A stretch of DNA of 64,000 bases from assembly GCF_037042905.1 (NCBI RefSeq), contig NC_087251.1, forward strand, positions 46,626,001 to 46,690,000, given 5' to 3'. Below the pieces are notes generated by a model. It saw nothing but the letters and a program-made list of their open reading frames with translations, had not been told where the DNA came from and did no database searches. Below are positions 60,212 through 64,000 of the stretch, piece by piece. Each line of letters opens with the position of its first letter. The stretch's first letter is position 1. The translations under genes and the position numbers were made by a program. This DNA is from Lytechinus pictus (Eukaryota).

Positions 60212-61495
60212 ACAGCCATTCCATTGTGACTCACGTACGTGACATTCACACAAAAATTCAACTTCTTAAGATTAATTACTTAAAAATCGTATACTGCAGA
60301 CTTGTTTTTCCTTGATGATACACATTGTCCATCAAGAATCTCGTATTCACAGTCGTTTTTTAAAGAGATATTTCAAATTGTTTGTTATGACTCGCGTGAC
60401 GCGACACTATTGAAGATTCCTGACCTTATTTTGCCTGTAATTTCCTCAGATGATACTGACCAAATTTTGACCAAATTTTCTTGAGAGTAATTTGATTTTG
60501 AAACGTCTGGAAATATTATACTAAAATTCAATGACGCCTGACTTATCGTTTTGAGTCGATATAGCCATTTGAAAATGTGACTCGCGTGACACAGGAGTGG
60601 ACTCGCGTGACAAGTATAATTTTGGACTACAAATTGAACAAATTATCATGATTTTATACAGCGAAATGGGCCAAATTTGGTTCAAACAGAACATTTATGG
60701 TCATTTGCATCCCATTTATCTTTAAAACAAAGGAATTTTAAAGTCACGCTCTGATACATTTACTTATAAATGAAAGTTTACATGTGGGACTACATATTTT
60801 AATCCCATATGTGTTATTAATATCATTTAACGTCGTTTTTATAAATAAAAGTAATCATTCAAGCTTAAATAATTGACATCTGCATTAAAAATCGCAATCA
60901 TTATCCCTTATCCCCCAATATATTGCTCGTTTTGTGATATGTGACTCGCATGACATACCCTAGCAAACATTAGTGTGACTCGCGTGACAGCGCTTTAGGG
61001 TGTTTTTTTTTTTCATAATGAAGGGGTCTCCAGTTGGCAATCTTTTTTGCTGGTTTGATTTAGGACTATATGCTCCTTATCAACTACAAATTATATTAAG
61101 TAAACTAAACTACGGATGTATTATTGTGACTCGCGTGACACATTTTCGAGGGTGTTTTTAACTTGATATTATCAAGCTCGGTTTAAACAAAAAGTGCACA
61201 AAACAAAGTGATATATTAAAATGGCTATACGATGTGACAGAATACAAAAAATTGTGAATTTACAGACAAATTAGTGTCAATAAAAAAGATATATACAAAA
61301 AGATATACCGTTTCAAGAAAATTTGACATCTCTTTAGGATCGTGTATCTCAGTCATTTGTAGGTGTAAAGCAGCGAGAAATCAGATTTACACCTTTTGGA
61401 CATGTACCAAGCCAAAAAGTAAATATTCTTCATTGATTGGTTCAACTTGAAATTTGAAGCCTAGGGTGTCTTTAGTTACATCATGGAAAGGCTGT
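60212..61495. mobile_element. TIR element with a 4-bp TSD and seven TGTGACTCGCGTGACA-type motifs
   Basis: TTAT|ACAGCCATTCCAT...ATGGAAAGGCTGT|TTAT. Confidence 0.7.
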
Positions 61496-62367
61496 TTATG
61501 TGATGACAGTTAACGGCCTATCACAATTTTTCCCCTAATGGCTATTGTAATTGATTTGTTGTGATGTGCTACTAAATTATAGTAACTATCTATACGCGAG
61601 CGAGCGAAGTGAGCGAGCAAATTTTCAGTAGATATGGACGACAGAATAGTGTGAAAAAACGCTTTTCAAGGGGTTTGTTATGGGAGATTGCGGCGAGTGA
61701 ACCTTGAAAAGGTAGCTTCAGTCGTTTAAAATAGTGTGCTGTGTGTATATAATATGCAAATAAGGGTAGCTTATCAACGAACATTTTCAAAAGAAATTGA
61801 AAATTGAAATAAAAAATTGTATCAAAATGGGAATATTGAAAACTCATATACTCGGCGGTTAGGGGTGAGATGAGAATGAAGAAAAATTATGGATGATGAT
61901 TATCGGGAATAAGGACCCCTCATTAAATTATTATATGCCATCACAGACCACAATATACTTCCAAAAACGTGAAAATAGCACAATGATGTAAATGAAGAGG
62001 AAAATATTGCAGAAAGGAAGGATTTTGAATATTGTTTAAATCTATATTCAGAGATTCAAAATTTTAAGCAAAATTGTAAAGACATCGTAAACTTAATTTG
62101 AAGTATATGGGTTAGGCCTTTTTTTGTACAAAAGTTATCCCCTGCTTCCACAAAGATGCCATGATAAGACCCCCCCCCCCCCTCCCTTCACATTCACGCC
62201 ATGCAGAGTATAAGATAAAAATTGTTGTGATTGGTATGTTATCAAATGTTATAACCCAAGTCATTGGAATCATACAATTTATAAATGGAGTCATACTATT
62301 ATGATGCAGCGGATATAACGTTTGCAATAAAAGACAAACATAAGGATTTGTCATGGCCAAATTTAAG

Positions 62368-62545
62368 ATTTTATTTATTTATTTATTTATTTCTGATATT
62401 TTGACAGGGTAGCCCATTCACCAATAAGTAGTGGTCTTCCATGGGGCCCTGAATAACAATAAACATATTTACAAAATGCATAACGTATGTACAGAATGTT
62501 ACGGCATTAAAATTCACATTAGGATTTGAATGTAAAACGAAACAT
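62368..62545 (-). mobile_element. Short, near-identical copy of the LINE tail at 22885-23050
   Basis: Reverse complement of ...CAGGGCCCCATGGAAGACCACTACTTATTGGTGA.TGGGCTACCCTGTCAAAATATCAGAAA followed by (TAAA)n. Confidence 0.85.
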
Positions 62546-64000
62546 TTATTTATTTATTTATTTATTTTGTTTTATTTATTTTATACTGCAGGGTAGGCCT
62601 GTTCAGTTCTTAAAACTGCTTTACAAAGGCGCCCTGCAGTTTAAAATACATGTCAAGATAACTATGAACAACAACAACAACAACAAACAACATCAAAAAT
62701 ACAAAATACAAAATATATAACATCAGAGTGGGAAGTGACATTTTAAACATACATAGCATTGTAAATCAATGTAATATCATTTCGCTATTTATCAATTCGT
62801 ATGAAAGGCTTTGCATAATTGTTCAAAAACTAACAAGGAGGTACAAACTTGTAAATTTGAAGGAAGTGCATTAAATAATTTGGGTCAGACATATGCGAAA
62901 GATTTTCTTTTGTGTTCAATTCTAGCTTTGGGAAGCTGAAGGGGGCATCGTAAAGAAAACCGCGTCCTGTATTTCACGGGCCGTTTACATACTAAAGGTT
63001 TTAAATAATTTGGAACTAAATCATTCATTATTTTATATACAAGAACACAATACTGATTTTTTTATACGCTGATCTACTGATAGCCACTTCAGTGACTGCA
63101 ACAAAGAAATTTGTGATGTATTATAATCTTTTTTTCAAAAGCATTCTGGCATATTTATTTTGAAGTTTTTGTATCTTATCTAAATGTATTTTTGCACTGC
63201 TTCCCCAAGATGTAATACAGTAATCAATGTAAAGTAAAATCATAGAAAAGTACAGCTTCTTCATGATATCAAAGGACAGTAAGTGCTTAATCCGCCTTAC
63301 ACAACCTATTGCCCGAGATATTTTACAAACGATATTATGTTCGCACCAAGTCAAGCCCGGATCGAGCATGACACCTAAGTATTCAATCTTTTTTTACATT
63401 TTCTAATTGTATGTTCCTGAATTTCACTGACAAATGAGCACCCCTCAACTTTTTCTTTTGACCAAATACCATGGCTTTTGTTTTTTGCGGGTGTAAATGC
63501 ATATTATTTAAGTCTAGCCATTATTGAATCAAAATCATCTTGCAAATACTTTTGTACCTCCTTAATTGATTCACCGTGATTAAAAAAATGGCGGTATCAT
63601 CAGCATAAAGAGACATTTTAGAATGTACATGCAATTTCAAATTACACATGTCATTAATAAAAATACAAAATATCAATGGACCCAGTATAGATCCTTGTGG
63701 GACACCTGATTTTATCTTCAAAAATTCACTGCGACAACTGTTAATCATTACAAATTGCCTTCTGTCTGTTAAATACGATTCCATCCAGTTGTATTCATTG
63801 CCAGTAATACCATAGTACTTAAGTTTTGCAAGTATAAAATTGTGAGGAATAACATCAAAAGCTTTGCGTAAGTCCAAGAAAATACCACCAGTAACATGTT
63901 TTCGGTCCATTTTATCATACAAAAAGTCTGTAATCTCATAAACATTAACAAACTTAGCAGCAAACAAAACGCAGACGGACACTCGTTTGACGTATAATCA
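62546..64000 (-). mobile_element. CR1/L2-group (Crack-like) LINE with frameshifted reverse transcriptase ORF2
   Basis: RT motifs FLDLRKAFD, GVPQGSILGP and YADDT (63521-63982), a downstream fragment at 63121-63369 in another frame, a 3' stem-loop and a (TAAA)n tail. Confidence 0.92.

Noticed and set aside
63121..63982. Active or domesticated reverse transcriptase gene
   Set aside because: Frameshifts split the ORF, and it ends in a standard LINE tail, so it is a decayed retrotransposon.

Overview
Eukaryotic, intron-rich and AT-rich genomic DNA. The repeat landscape (poly-G/poly-C MITEs, tRNA-SINEs, L2/Crack LINEs) suggests a marine invertebrate deuterostome, probably a sea urchin; this is inference. 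Five genes were rebuilt by hand from GT-AG boundaries. (1) ERCC2/XPD on the minus strand: 19 coding exons in the window, ATG at 26440, 3' end running off the left edge. (2) A 90-aa CEBPZOS-like microprotein on the plus strand, head-to-head with ERCC2. (3,4) Two tandem 4-exon secreted single-domain GH1 beta-glucosidase/lactase-like genes on the minus strand. (5) A 2-exon, 454-aa gene with no family I recognise. The rest is densely nested non-autonomous DNA transposons, SINEs and LINE fragments. Most notable: a tandem triplication inside ERCC2 that puts two decoy splice acceptors with in-frame stops in front of the real exon; a 57-bp palindrome-cored satellite inside a doubly nested TIR element; a Transib-like element with CACAGTG ends; and SINEs that share a core but carry tails matching two different LINE families also present here. 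I found no CRISPR, rRNA or genuine tRNA, and no clearly new multi-gene system. Superfamily labels rest on termini and target-site duplications only.
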